A DNA stretch of 34,777 nucleotides, taken from IMG/VR virus record IMGVR_UViG_3300042270_000679. One strand, written 5' to 3'. The translations under genes were made by a program, and so were the position numbers. Shown piece by piece: positions 26,828 through 34,777 of the stretch. This DNA comes from an uncultured virus (IMG/VR IMGVR_UViG_3300042270_000679). Its lineage: Duplodnaviria > Heunggongvirae > Uroviricota > Caudoviricetes. Numbering within the stretch: the first letter of the stretch is position 1; the number at the start of each line of letters is the position of its first letter. The notes under the pieces were generated by a model. It made no database searches and was not told the origin of the DNA. It saw only the letters and a program-made list of their open reading frames with translations.

Positions 26828-27960
26828 GCGTAAAACACGCACTGCTTTCCGCATCGTCGGCACACCGGTGGATTGCGTGTCCACCATCGGCTCTGCTTAG
26901 TAAGAAGTTCGAAGATTCTTCCAGCAGCTTTGCGCAGGAAGGCACCGATGCCCACACTCTCGCACAGTACAAGCTTGAAAAATTACTGGGACTTCCTACA
27001 AAGGACCCGACTGAATCACTAAGCTTCTACGATGAGGAAATGAACGATCACGCAGAAAATTATGCGGCCTTTGTATTAGAACAAGTTGAGAAAGCAAAAG
27101 AAACCTGCGTCGATCCTCAGGTACTTATTGAGCAGAAGCTCGATTTTTCAAAGTATGTCCCAGAAGGGTTTGGTCATGTGGACTGCCTGATTATCGCAGA
27201 TGGCACCCTTACCGTAATTGACTATAAATACGGACTTGGGATTAAGGTTTCAGCGGAAAGAAATCCGCAGATGTTCTGCTATGCGCTTGGCGGCTTGGCA
27301 CTATTTGATGGGATCTACGACATCGACATTGTTCGCCTGGTCATCTATCAGCCGCGCAGAGAAAACATTAGCGAGTACAGCATCTCAAAGAGCGAACTCA
27401 TCCAGTGGGCTGAGGACGTCTTGTCTCCTACTGCTGAGCTTGCCAGCAAGGGCGAGGGCGAATACAAAGCAGGCGAGCATTGTCGGTTCTGTAAGGCCAA
27501 AGCAACTTGTAGGAAGCGTGCCGAACACAACCTGGAACTTGCAAAGTACGACTTTGAGGTACCGGCCACGCTCGATCACGATGAGATTGCAGCCATCCTG
27601 ACAAAAGCAGATGAACTGGTTTCCTGGGTAAGCGATGTCAAGGAATATGCACTGAAGGAAGCGCTAAACGGTACCAAGTTTGAAGGTTTCAAATTAGTCG
27701 CCGGTCGGTCCAACAGGAAATACACAGACGAAGCTGCCGCAGCTGATCTCGTTATTGCAGCCGGTAAAGACCCATACGAAAAGAAACTGCTCGGCATAAC
27801 CGCTATGACAGCACTCCTCGGCAAAAAGGCATTTGAGGATATTCTCGGTGGCCTAACCTATAAGCCGCCTGGAAAACCGGTCCTTGTTACCGCTGATGAC
27901 AAGAGGCCTGAATTTAACTCAGCATATGAAGATTTTGATGAAAATCAAGGAGGAAATTAA
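26824..27960 (+). CDS. DUF2800 Cas4-like PD-(D/E)XK nuclease
   Basis: HALLSASSAHRW..CPPS, GTDAH, GHVD..IDYKYG, Q..CYA, CRFC..C cysteine cluster. Confidence 0.88.
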   Translation: MSVKHALLSASSAHRWIACPPSALLSKKFEDSSSSFAQEGTDAHTLAQYKLEKLLGLPTKDPTESLSFYDEEMNDHAENYAAFVLEQVEKAKETCVDPQVLIEQKLDFSKYVPEGFGHVDCLIIADGTLTVIDYKYGLGIKVSAERNPQMFCYALGGLALFDGIYDIDIVRLVIYQPRRENISEYSISKSELIQWAEDVLSPTAELASKGEGEYKAGEHCRFCKAKATCRKRAEHNLELAKYDFEVPATLDHDEIAAILTKADELVSWVSDVKEYALKEALNGTKFEGFKLVAGRSNRKYTDEAAAADLVIAAGKDPYEKKLLGITAMTALLGKKAFEDILGGLTYKPPGKPVLVTADDKRPEFNSAYEDFDENQGGN

Positions 27961-27962
27961 TC

Positions 27963-28526
27963 ATGACAAAGACAGTTAATCCATTGAAAGTAGTTACTGG
28001 CCCTGATACCCGCTGGAGCTATGTGAATGCGTGGGAGCCCAAATCCATTAATGGAGGCACGCCCAAGTACAGTGTATCTCTCATTATCCCTAAGTCCGAC
28101 ACGAAGACCATCGAGAAAGTTAAAGCTGCAATAGAGGCAGCCTATCACGAAGGTGAAAGCAAGCTCAAAGGCAATGGTCGCAGCGTACCGCCTCTTACAA
28201 CCCTTAAGACCCCGCTTCGTGATGGCGATTCGGAACGTCCTGATGATCCCGTTTATGCTAACGCATATTTTGTGAATGCCAACAACAGCTCAGCCCCTGG
28301 CATCGTGGATGCCGACCGCCAACCTATCCTCGAGCGCTCTGAGATTTATTCCGGTGTTTATGGTCGAGCCAGCGTGAACTTCTACGCATTCAACACCAAC
28401 GGAAATAAGGGAATCGCGTGTTCTCTTAATAACCTTCAAAAGATCCGTGATGGCGAGCCTCTTGGCGGTAAGTCAAACGCTGAAGATGACTTTGCCACTG
28501 AGGATGATGACGATTTTCTTTCCTAA
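27963..28526 (+). CDS. DUF2815 single-stranded DNA-binding protein
   Basis: PKYSVSLIIPK, PLRDGD, YSGVYGRAS, LNNLQK..DGEPLGG, acidic tail ending DDDDFLS. Confidence 0.88.
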   Translation: MTKTVNPLKVVTGPDTRWSYVNAWEPKSINGGTPKYSVSLIIPKSDTKTIEKVKAAIEAAYHEGESKLKGNGRSVPPLTTLKTPLRDGDSERPDDPVYANAYFVNANNSSAPGIVDADRQPILERSEIYSGVYGRASVNFYAFNTNGNKGIACSLNNLQKIRDGEPLGGKSNAEDDFATEDDDDFLS

Positions 28527-28595
28527 CAGGTAACGGTCAATCGGGGTGGTAGAAACCCTACTACCCTAGACAATCAAAGAAATGAGGTAAATCAA

Positions 28596-28718
28596 ATGGA
28601 AACCATTCTTTTTATTGAGGCTATTACTCTGTTCGGCGTGTTTATCATTGGGTCCATGTTCTGGGTCACAACTGAAATTTGGAGCACTATTAAGAAATAT
28701 AAAAAAGAAAAACTTTGA
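28596..28718 (+). CDS. 40-aa single-pass membrane microprotein
   Basis: GAGGT RBS; METILFIEAITLFGVFIIGSMFWVTTEIWSTIKKYKKEKL*; below the ORF-track cutoff. Confidence 0.6.
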   Translation: METILFIEAITLFGVFIIGSMFWVTTEIWSTIKKYKKEKL

Positions 28719-28734
28719 TAATTTTTAATTGCTT

Positions 28735-28762
28735 GGGCGGTGGCACTCTGCTGCCGCCCTTT
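28735..28762 (+). terminator. GC-rich hairpin upstream of the HNH/polymerase genes
   Basis: GGGCGGTGGCA-CTC-TGCTGCCGCCC followed by a short TTT. Confidence 0.45.
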
Positions 28763-28789
28763 AAGATAATAAGAAAGGACTATTGAATT

Positions 28790-29317
28790 ATGTGTAATGA
28801 AATTTGGAAAGATATCCCCGGTTACGAGGGGGAATATCAAGCAAGCACATTTGGTCGTATAAAGAGTGTCAAGCGAAAAGTAATAAGCAAAAACTGGTAT
28901 ACAGGTAATCCATTCTATCGTACTGTTCCAGAACGTATTTTGAAACCGGGCAGGTTTTGTAAAAGCGGACATGTCTCCGTCGTATTACGCAAAGGCACCA
29001 GCGGAAAACCCGTACATCAGTTAATATTGAGAACATTTATTGGAGAAGTGCCTCAGGACATGGAGGTTCTTCATATCAACGGTAACCCAACAGACAATTG
29101 CTTATCTAATCTGCGATACGGCACCAGAAGAGAAAACATCCTAGATGTTTACCGGCAGGGTAACCGATGGCGAAAACTCTCCACTGATGATGTCGAAGCC
29201 ATACGATTTGGACTTTATTGCAGAATTCAAGGTTCTGAACTTGCTGTAATGTATGGTGTTTCGCAGTCTATAATCAGCTCAATAAAGCACGGGAGGATAT
29301 TCGCATGGTTGCCATAA
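28790..29317 (+). CDS. NUMOD4-HNH homing endonuclease
   Basis: EIWKDIPGYEGEYQASTFGRIKS (NUMOD4); VHQLI..VLHING..DN..NL.Y...EN (HNH_3); C-terminal HTH-like segment. Confidence 0.9.
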   Translation: MCNEIWKDIPGYEGEYQASTFGRIKSVKRKVISKNWYTGNPFYRTVPERILKPGRFCKSGHVSVVLRKGTSGKPVHQLILRTFIGEVPQDMEVLHINGNPTDNCLSNLRYGTRRENILDVYRQGNRWRKLSTDDVEAIRFGLYCRIQGSELAVMYGVSQSIISSIKHGRIFAWLP

Positions 29318-31254
29318 CCTCTTTGTCTTTGGACTTGGAGTCCTTTTCCAGCATCAATCTTACCAAAGCAGGAGTTTATAGGTATGTCGAGTCGCCGGAT
29401 TTTGAGATCTTATTATTCGGTTACAGCGTGAATGGAGGCACTGTTCAGGTCGTTGACGTGTCATGCGGCGAGAAGATACCCGGTGAGATTATTAATGCCC
29501 TAACCGATGAAACCGTAATAAAATGGGCTTTTAATTCAAATTTTGAGCGTGTTTGCCTGTCTCGTTACCTTGGCTACCCCACCGGTGAATACATGAATCC
29601 ATCTTCATGGCGCTGCACCATGGTATGGTCTGCTTATATGGGCTTACCACTTTCCCTTGAAGGTGTAGGTGCAGTGCTAAACCTCGGTGAACAGAAGCTA
29701 AAAGAAGGCAAGGATCTCATCAGATATTTCTGTACTCCATGCAAGCCTACCAAGGTAAATGGTGGCCGAACTCGTAACTTACCTGAACATGATATGGCCA
29801 AATGGTCCTTATTTAAGAGATACAATATTCGAGATGTTGAGGTGGAACAGGCTGTTAAGAAGCGCCTAGAAAACTATCCGGTACCTGAGTTTATATGGGA
29901 GGAATACCATTTGGATCAGGAGATTAATGATAGAGGAATACTGCTTGATATGGGTGTTGTTAAAAATGCCATTACATTTGATGAACGCTCTAAAAAAGAA
30001 CTAACCACTGCAATGAAGGAGCTTACCAACCTTGATAATCCAAACAGCGTTATTCAGGTAAAACAGTGGCTTTCTGATAGCGGAATAGAAACCGAGTCTC
30101 TTGGGAAAAAGAATGTCGCAGCCCTTATAAAGACGGTGCCGGAGGATCAACGTGATGTGCTTCTACTTCGCCAGCAGCTTGCAAAAAGCAGCATCAAAAA
30201 GTATCAGACCATGCAAAACACGGTCTGCTTAGATGGCAGGGCTCGTGGCATGTTTCAATATTATGGTGCTTCACGTTCTGGACGCTGGGCAGGCAGGCAT
30301 ATACAATTACAAAACCTTCCTCAGAACCATCTCCCTGATTTGGAAGATGCTCGGTCCCTTGTTAAGCTCGGGGATTATGATGCCGTAAAACTACTCTACG
30401 AAGATGTACCGGATACCCTCTCTCAGCTTATCCGCACTGCTTTTATTCCAAAGCCAGGATATAAATTTATCGTGTGCGACTTTAGCGCCATCGAGGCTAG
30501 AGTACTGTCCTTCTTAGCCGGGGAACAATGGCGATTAGATGTATTTGAAAGCGATGGTGATATCTACTGCGCTTCTGCTTCTGCTATGTTCCACGTACCG
30601 GTTGAAAAGCATGGCGTGAACAGCCATCTTCGTCAAAAGGGCAAAATCGCAGAATTGGCTCTTGGATATGGCGGCAGCACCGGTGCCCTCAAGGCTATGG
30701 GTGCACTAGACATGGGCCTTACTGAATACGAACTACAGCCGCTGGTCGATTCTTGGAGAGCGTCAAATCCTAATATTACAAAGCTTTGGTGGGATGTTGA
30801 TAGGACGGTCAAAGAAGCCGTTCGCTTACGAACACATACTAAAACGCACGGCATTAAATTCTACTACCAAAAGGGAATGCTATTTATTGAACTTCCTTCC
30901 GGAAGGAGGCTCTCCTATGTAAAGCCCAAGATCGAACCGAATCAGTTCGGTGGTGAGTCTGTTACCTACGAAGGCACCGGAAACACTAAGAAATGGGAAC
31001 GCATCGAAAGCTATGGACCAAAATTCGTTGAAAATATCGTTCAAGCCATAAGCAGAGATATTCTGGCCTACGCCATGAATACACTCCGTCACTGCTTTAT
31101 CTGTGGACATGTCCATGACGAGCTAATTATCGAGTCCAGCATGGGTGCTTCCCTTGAAGCCGTTTGTGAACAGATGGGAAGAACACCTCCTTGGATCAAA
31201 GGTTTAGCACTTAGAGCCGATGGCTATGAAACCATGTTTTATAAGAAAGACTAA
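29305..31254 (+). CDS. Family A DNA polymerase (phage type, 3'-5' exonuclease plus polymerase)
   Basis: DLES ExoI, AFNSNFE, YNIRDV, SGRW..QNLP, DFSAIEAR, RQKGKIAELALGYG, ENIVQ, HVHDE motifs. Confidence 0.95.
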   Translation: MVAITSLSLDLESFSSINLTKAGVYRYVESPDFEILLFGYSVNGGTVQVVDVSCGEKIPGEIINALTDETVIKWAFNSNFERVCLSRYLGYPTGEYMNPSSWRCTMVWSAYMGLPLSLEGVGAVLNLGEQKLKEGKDLIRYFCTPCKPTKVNGGRTRNLPEHDMAKWSLFKRYNIRDVEVEQAVKKRLENYPVPEFIWEEYHLDQEINDRGILLDMGVVKNAITFDERSKKELTTAMKELTNLDNPNSVIQVKQWLSDSGIETESLGKKNVAALIKTVPEDQRDVLLLRQQLAKSSIKKYQTMQNTVCLDGRARGMFQYYGASRSGRWAGRHIQLQNLPQNHLPDLEDARSLVKLGDYDAVKLLYEDVPDTLSQLIRTAFIPKPGYKFIVCDFSAIEARVLSFLAGEQWRLDVFESDGDIYCASASAMFHVPVEKHGVNSHLRQKGKIAELALGYGGSTGALKAMGALDMGLTEYELQPLVDSWRASNPNITKLWWDVDRTVKEAVRLRTHTKTHGIKFYYQKGMLFIELPSGRRLSYVKPKIEPNQFGGESVTYEGTGNTKKWERIESYGPKFVENIVQAISRDILAYAMNTLRHCFICGHVHDELIIESSMGASLEAVCEQMGRTPPWIKGLALRADGYETMFYKKD

Positions 31255-31293
31255 AAAAGCCCCTGAGGGAACTTAATCCTTCAGAGGTCTTTG
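31253..31293. terminator. Probable bidirectional terminator between convergent pol and SIR2-pAgo genes
   Basis: A-run, CTGAGGGA-ACTTAA-TCCTTCAG stem, then CTTT. Confidence 0.6.
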
Positions 31294-31633
31294 GATGTAC
31301 AATTATTCGTTTGCTTCAATTTCTTTAAGTGTTACTCCCTTAGTCTCCGCTTGGCGCACAACCCATAAAATAATTTATACTTTACTTTATTCAACCATTG
31401 CGATTCAGCCAGGAATACACCTATCTTACATGCTGAGTCATCATACATCATTCCAAGCCCAAAGCTTAAACGCAGCTTCCTGCAGCGTTGAGAAAAATAT
31501 CTGCTGAACGCGCTAATGAGGTCTGCCTGAACTGTACCAAGTTCGGCGGCTGACGTTACGGTATGGCGCGTTATTTTACCCTAATAAAATAATCTGCTTA
31601 AACAATCTCCAATTAGTGCAGGATTTCATAGTC

Positions 31634-34600
31634 CTACATAAAATATCTGTAGTCATAGATTGACCCTTCATACTGGGAAAGCAATCTGCCGATTCTTGCT
31701 ATCTCATTAGATGAATCAATAGTACATGGCAATTTTGAATACAAACCGAAACTGTTCCAGTTCATTTTCGACAATCCAAGAATTTCAGTAGCAATTTGTG
31801 ACATCGTACCATTACCATGGTGTTTAACAATTTTTAGCGGGAGAGGTATAGTCTTGCCTCCCTGAATATATCGATAATTCGGATTCCGCACCGATGGTGC
31901 GATACCGTGAGTATACAAATACATCGTATTGTCATTCAGAGGGAAACACAAGCCCCGGCGAACAGGAAAACCATCAATCGCGTCCATATTTCGAGTAAAC
32001 TCAAAACATTTCAAGTCATCTTCAAGTGTAATTTCCAAAAGGTCTATGTCTTTAATACCCGCACTTGATAGGCTTGTTACTAAGCCCTTGATTTCCTCAC
32101 GACGGAACGGTGTCCGCTTGTGAATAACTACCCGCTTGGGCATTTCAGAAAACGATTTGTAAAACAACTCCTTAATATTTAGGCCAAGACGATAAGCCTC
32201 ATCTTCTGACAAATAGGGGTTTTTCTTACGGTCAAAGGTACAGTCATCAATTTTGGATAGTTTATATTTCATTCCTTGCCCGTCTGCCGAGTAAACATGG
32301 CTACAACCAACCACCACGTTGGAACTACTCCCGGTTCGGTTAAGGCTGTAACCAATACCTGCAAAAGCCGTATCATTGTTAATGCCGGAAACAACCCAAG
32401 GTATACGACTCGACTTCACATATATTGCTAAAGACAAAGCCCACATTATCTGACAGTTCATATCGCTTTCTAATGTTTTCTCTCGCACAAATTGAGTAGC
32501 AATATTTCTTTGTGCAGCATATGCCTTAACATAGTCGTGCAAATCAAAGTTTTCGTTTTCGTCAACATAACCAGTTAGAGGATCGTATTCTTTGGGAATG
32601 TAAATTAATGCGACATCCACAGATGAAGCACTTAGTCGGTCAAGACTTTGGCAAAGCGACTTTCCGAGTTGAACAGCGGTATCATTAATACTGTGTGACT
32701 GCGAAACCGTTACATCTAACCATGTATACGTATTGGGTGTAGGTATGTACAAATTTGTTTTGTACGCCTCAAAAAAGCCTGAAAATGGGATTACATATTC
32801 TAAGTTATAATTCACGCCTTGCCGACTGTTCAACTGATTAAGAAAGCTGTAAAATCTCTGATTATGTGCTGATGGGCATATTACACCCAATGAAATCGAT
32901 GAACGTAGGACATTGTTGTTAAGCGAATAGTCAAAAGGTGCGTTGTTTATCAGTCCACGCATAGGGTGAAAATCAGTCACCATACGTTTTTGGGCTGGGT
33001 TAAAGAATATCAAGTCGGTATCGCGGCATTCCGTACCCCTAAATACAATCCGCTTTTCGCTTATCGTTTGAGGTAGTCTAACTTGATATTGGGAGCCGGT
33101 CGTTGCTCCAAGGATTGCGCTATTGGGGCGAATATTGAATACAAAACTCGTTGCTGAGTTTGGTGGGAAGGTTGTCTGTATCCCATTTGTCCCGAACAGA
33201 CGGTTAACCCATTTGTCGATGTATTCATAAACATTTAAGTTTGGCTTGCCCGAATTCACTTCGGCAGTAAAACTGTCGGCGAATTGCTTTTTCTCTTCAC
33301 GGCTTAGGTTGATACCCGAATCGTACATAAATGTCGGTGTCGCCGTTACATAGGTGTACTTCGTATCAAAAAATAGGGCGAAACGAACACCTTTGTATCC
33401 TATTATTGTATGAATGCCTACGCGCTTATTGATTTTTTGAGTTGTGTCCCAAACCTTATCCTTGGAATAAGGTAACGAATTAACTGTTCCAACTATCGCA
33501 GTAACCGTTTTGAGAAGCAGTTCGTTAAACGAACCATTCTTTATTGAATTTTCGCGTGTAAAAGGAGTCAAAGATAACTCGCCAATTATCCTGCCGCTGC
33601 AGAGATTCTGTATTCTGTCTTTTTCACCCCAGGCATATAAAAAACCGTTAAGAGGTACAGCCATAACACCATTAGAGGCCAGATTTTTACAGAAATCCCA
33701 CGGTCTTTCGCCTTGATTGTATTTAACTTCAAATTGGTAACAGTTTTTAGGGAATGTAATTGGAAAGATATTAGTATTCGTTATTTTTCCAATTTTTGCT
33801 GTCGATATTTCAAATTTACTGGCGGTTTCAGAAACAGGAGATCCTAACTCCATTTTAATCGCGTCAATTCTGCGCAAAAAATCAGCTTCGTCACTCATGC
33901 AATGGCGCGTCAGGCTGTAAACTGCTTTATCGAATCCATCAGTAGGCACATAATAGGCACTACGCCCGCTTTCATTTACCAATTGGATTAAATCTATTAC
34001 TGGAGCAGGGGCATTGTTTCCATAGCCACACCAAAATAATTTACCATTACCGTTTGTCTGATAAGCCGAAGCCAAAGCAGTCATAAGTGAATTGTCACGA
34101 CCACTATAACCGATGACAAGCAAATTTCGATTTGCCAATTCGTGACTTATTGTGCTAACGAACACGTCATTTTGCGTATCCAACTCAGATGTTGTGTTTT
34201 TCAATGCACCGTACTTGTAATCACCGTGGAGGGCAATGCAGAGTAATTCACCATCAACATCGCCGCGATAAACGCGATCAGATGTCTCGGAAGTCACTTC
34301 TATAGGACTTAGATTGTATTTATGAGCGCATTTCAACATGAGACCATCAAAATTAGTAGTCCAGACGCTCTTAAATAAGCCGTTCTCGGCAAGCAAAGCT
34401 ATAAGATGATAACCAATGCTCGGATTTACTCCAGCTACCAAATGCTGAAAATACTTGCGACGGTCATCGGGAATGGGATATGCTTTTTCAGCATAAAACG
34501 AGTATTCTGCGTCAGAACCGTTAGCAGGAAACCCACCCTTATTGTCGAGCCAACGCTGAATAGCACAGCGGACACTGTCTACTTTGATATTGCTATATGT

Positions 34601-34777
34601 GTCTACAAAGGATGTATTTTGCGACAGGAATATCTCTCGTTTCCACTCCCAGATGCAGTCCGAAGCAGACGGAACACCAGATTCAACTGATGCTCCAGCA
34701 CCTAATAATAGCGAATGTGGAGTATCTTTATTCTGTTTAAACGAGCGCAACAGCTCGTCGAACGTCAAAGTCTGCAT
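31634..34777 (-). CDS. Fused SIR2-APAZ-short prokaryotic Argonaute (single-chain SPARSA-type NADase defence protein)
   Basis: SIR2 motifs GAGAS, TTNFD (N142), LHGD (H184), GYSGRD; MID LHDYVK..TQ..YVK; PIWI with degenerate tetrad (GIGYS, VIHKR); C-terminal YDYRYFM. Confidence 0.93.
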   Translation of the reverse strand: MQTLTFDELLRSFKQNKDTPHSLLLGAGASVESGVPSASDCIWEWKREIFLSQNTSFVDTYSNIKVDSVRCAIQRWLDNKGGFPANGSDAEYSFYAEKAYPIPDDRRKYFQHLVAGVNPSIGYHLIALLAENGLFKSVWTTNFDGLMLKCAHKYNLSPIEVTSETSDRVYRGDVDGELLCIALHGDYKYGALKNTTSELDTQNDVFVSTISHELANRNLLVIGYSGRDNSLMTALASAYQTNGNGKLFWCGYGNNAPAPVIDLIQLVNESGRSAYYVPTDGFDKAVYSLTRHCMSDEADFLRRIDAIKMELGSPVSETASKFEISTAKIGKITNTNIFPITFPKNCYQFEVKYNQGERPWDFCKNLASNGVMAVPLNGFLYAWGEKDRIQNLCSGRIIGELSLTPFTRENSIKNGSFNELLLKTVTAIVGTVNSLPYSKDKVWDTTQKINKRVGIHTIIGYKGVRFALFFDTKYTYVTATPTFMYDSGINLSREEKKQFADSFTAEVNSGKPNLNVYEYIDKWVNRLFGTNGIQTTFPPNSATSFVFNIRPNSAILGATTGSQYQVRLPQTISEKRIVFRGTECRDTDLIFFNPAQKRMVTDFHPMRGLINNAPFDYSLNNNVLRSSISLGVICPSAHNQRFYSFLNQLNSRQGVNYNLEYVIPFSGFFEAYKTNLYIPTPNTYTWLDVTVSQSHSINDTAVQLGKSLCQSLDRLSASSVDVALIYIPKEYDPLTGYVDENENFDLHDYVKAYAAQRNIATQFVREKTLESDMNCQIMWALSLAIYVKSSRIPWVVSGINNDTAFAGIGYSLNRTGSSSNVVVGCSHVYSADGQGMKYKLSKIDDCTFDRKKNPYLSEDEAYRLGLNIKELFYKSFSEMPKRVVIHKRTPFRREEIKGLVTSLSSAGIKDIDLLEITLEDDLKCFEFTRNMDAIDGFPVRRGLCFPLNDNTMYLYTHGIAPSVRNPNYRYIQGGKTIPLPLKIVKHHGNGTMSQIATEILGLSKMNWNSFGLYSKLPCTIDSSNEIARIGRLLSQYEGSIYDYRYFM

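Larger units (their letters stand above)
1..31254. mobile_element. Siphovirus-type prophage (lysis, tail, head, packaging and replication modules); continues past the left edge and probably includes the SIR2-pAgo gene on the right
   Basis: Complete syntenic terminase-portal-protease-capsid-neck-tail-TMP-RBP-holin-lysin order plus a phage replication module; no att site or integrase in the window. Confidence 0.95.

Noticed and set aside
26824..27960. Cas4-like nuclease near an Argonaute as a CRISPR or pAgo partner
   Set aside because: It is the DUF2800 gene in its usual place beside DUF2815 and PolA, on the opposite strand from the pAgo; no cas1/cas2 or array
29305..31254. Intein or intron in the polymerase (also considered for terminase and primase)
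   Set aside because: Lengths are normal and motifs contiguous; no splice-junction signatures

Overview
Most of a temperate, cos-type siphovirus prophage from a Firmicutes (Clostridia-like) host. On the minus strand, read right to left: DUF4406-like gene, P4-type primase/helicase, VRR-NUC, SNF2 helicase, late activator, packaging HNH, TerS, MetK, ParB-DNA methyltransferase, a four-gene accessory cassette, TerL, portal, ClpP protease, HK97-fold capsid, neck and tail genes (with a -1 frameshifted chaperone), tape measure, tail-tip/adhesin genes, a beta-helix tailspike, holin and a truncated amidase endolysin. A divergent plus-strand replication block encodes DUF2800, DUF2815, a NUMOD4-HNH and a family A DNA polymerase. 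The divergence point carries three copies of the motif TTCGTTCA-N13-TGTCCTGGGACT. The window ends with a single-chain SIR2-APAZ-short Argonaute (fused SPARSA-type NADase defence gene) convergent with the polymerase. No integrase, repressor or att site is visible. All calls come from motif recognition and synteny; no database searches were run.
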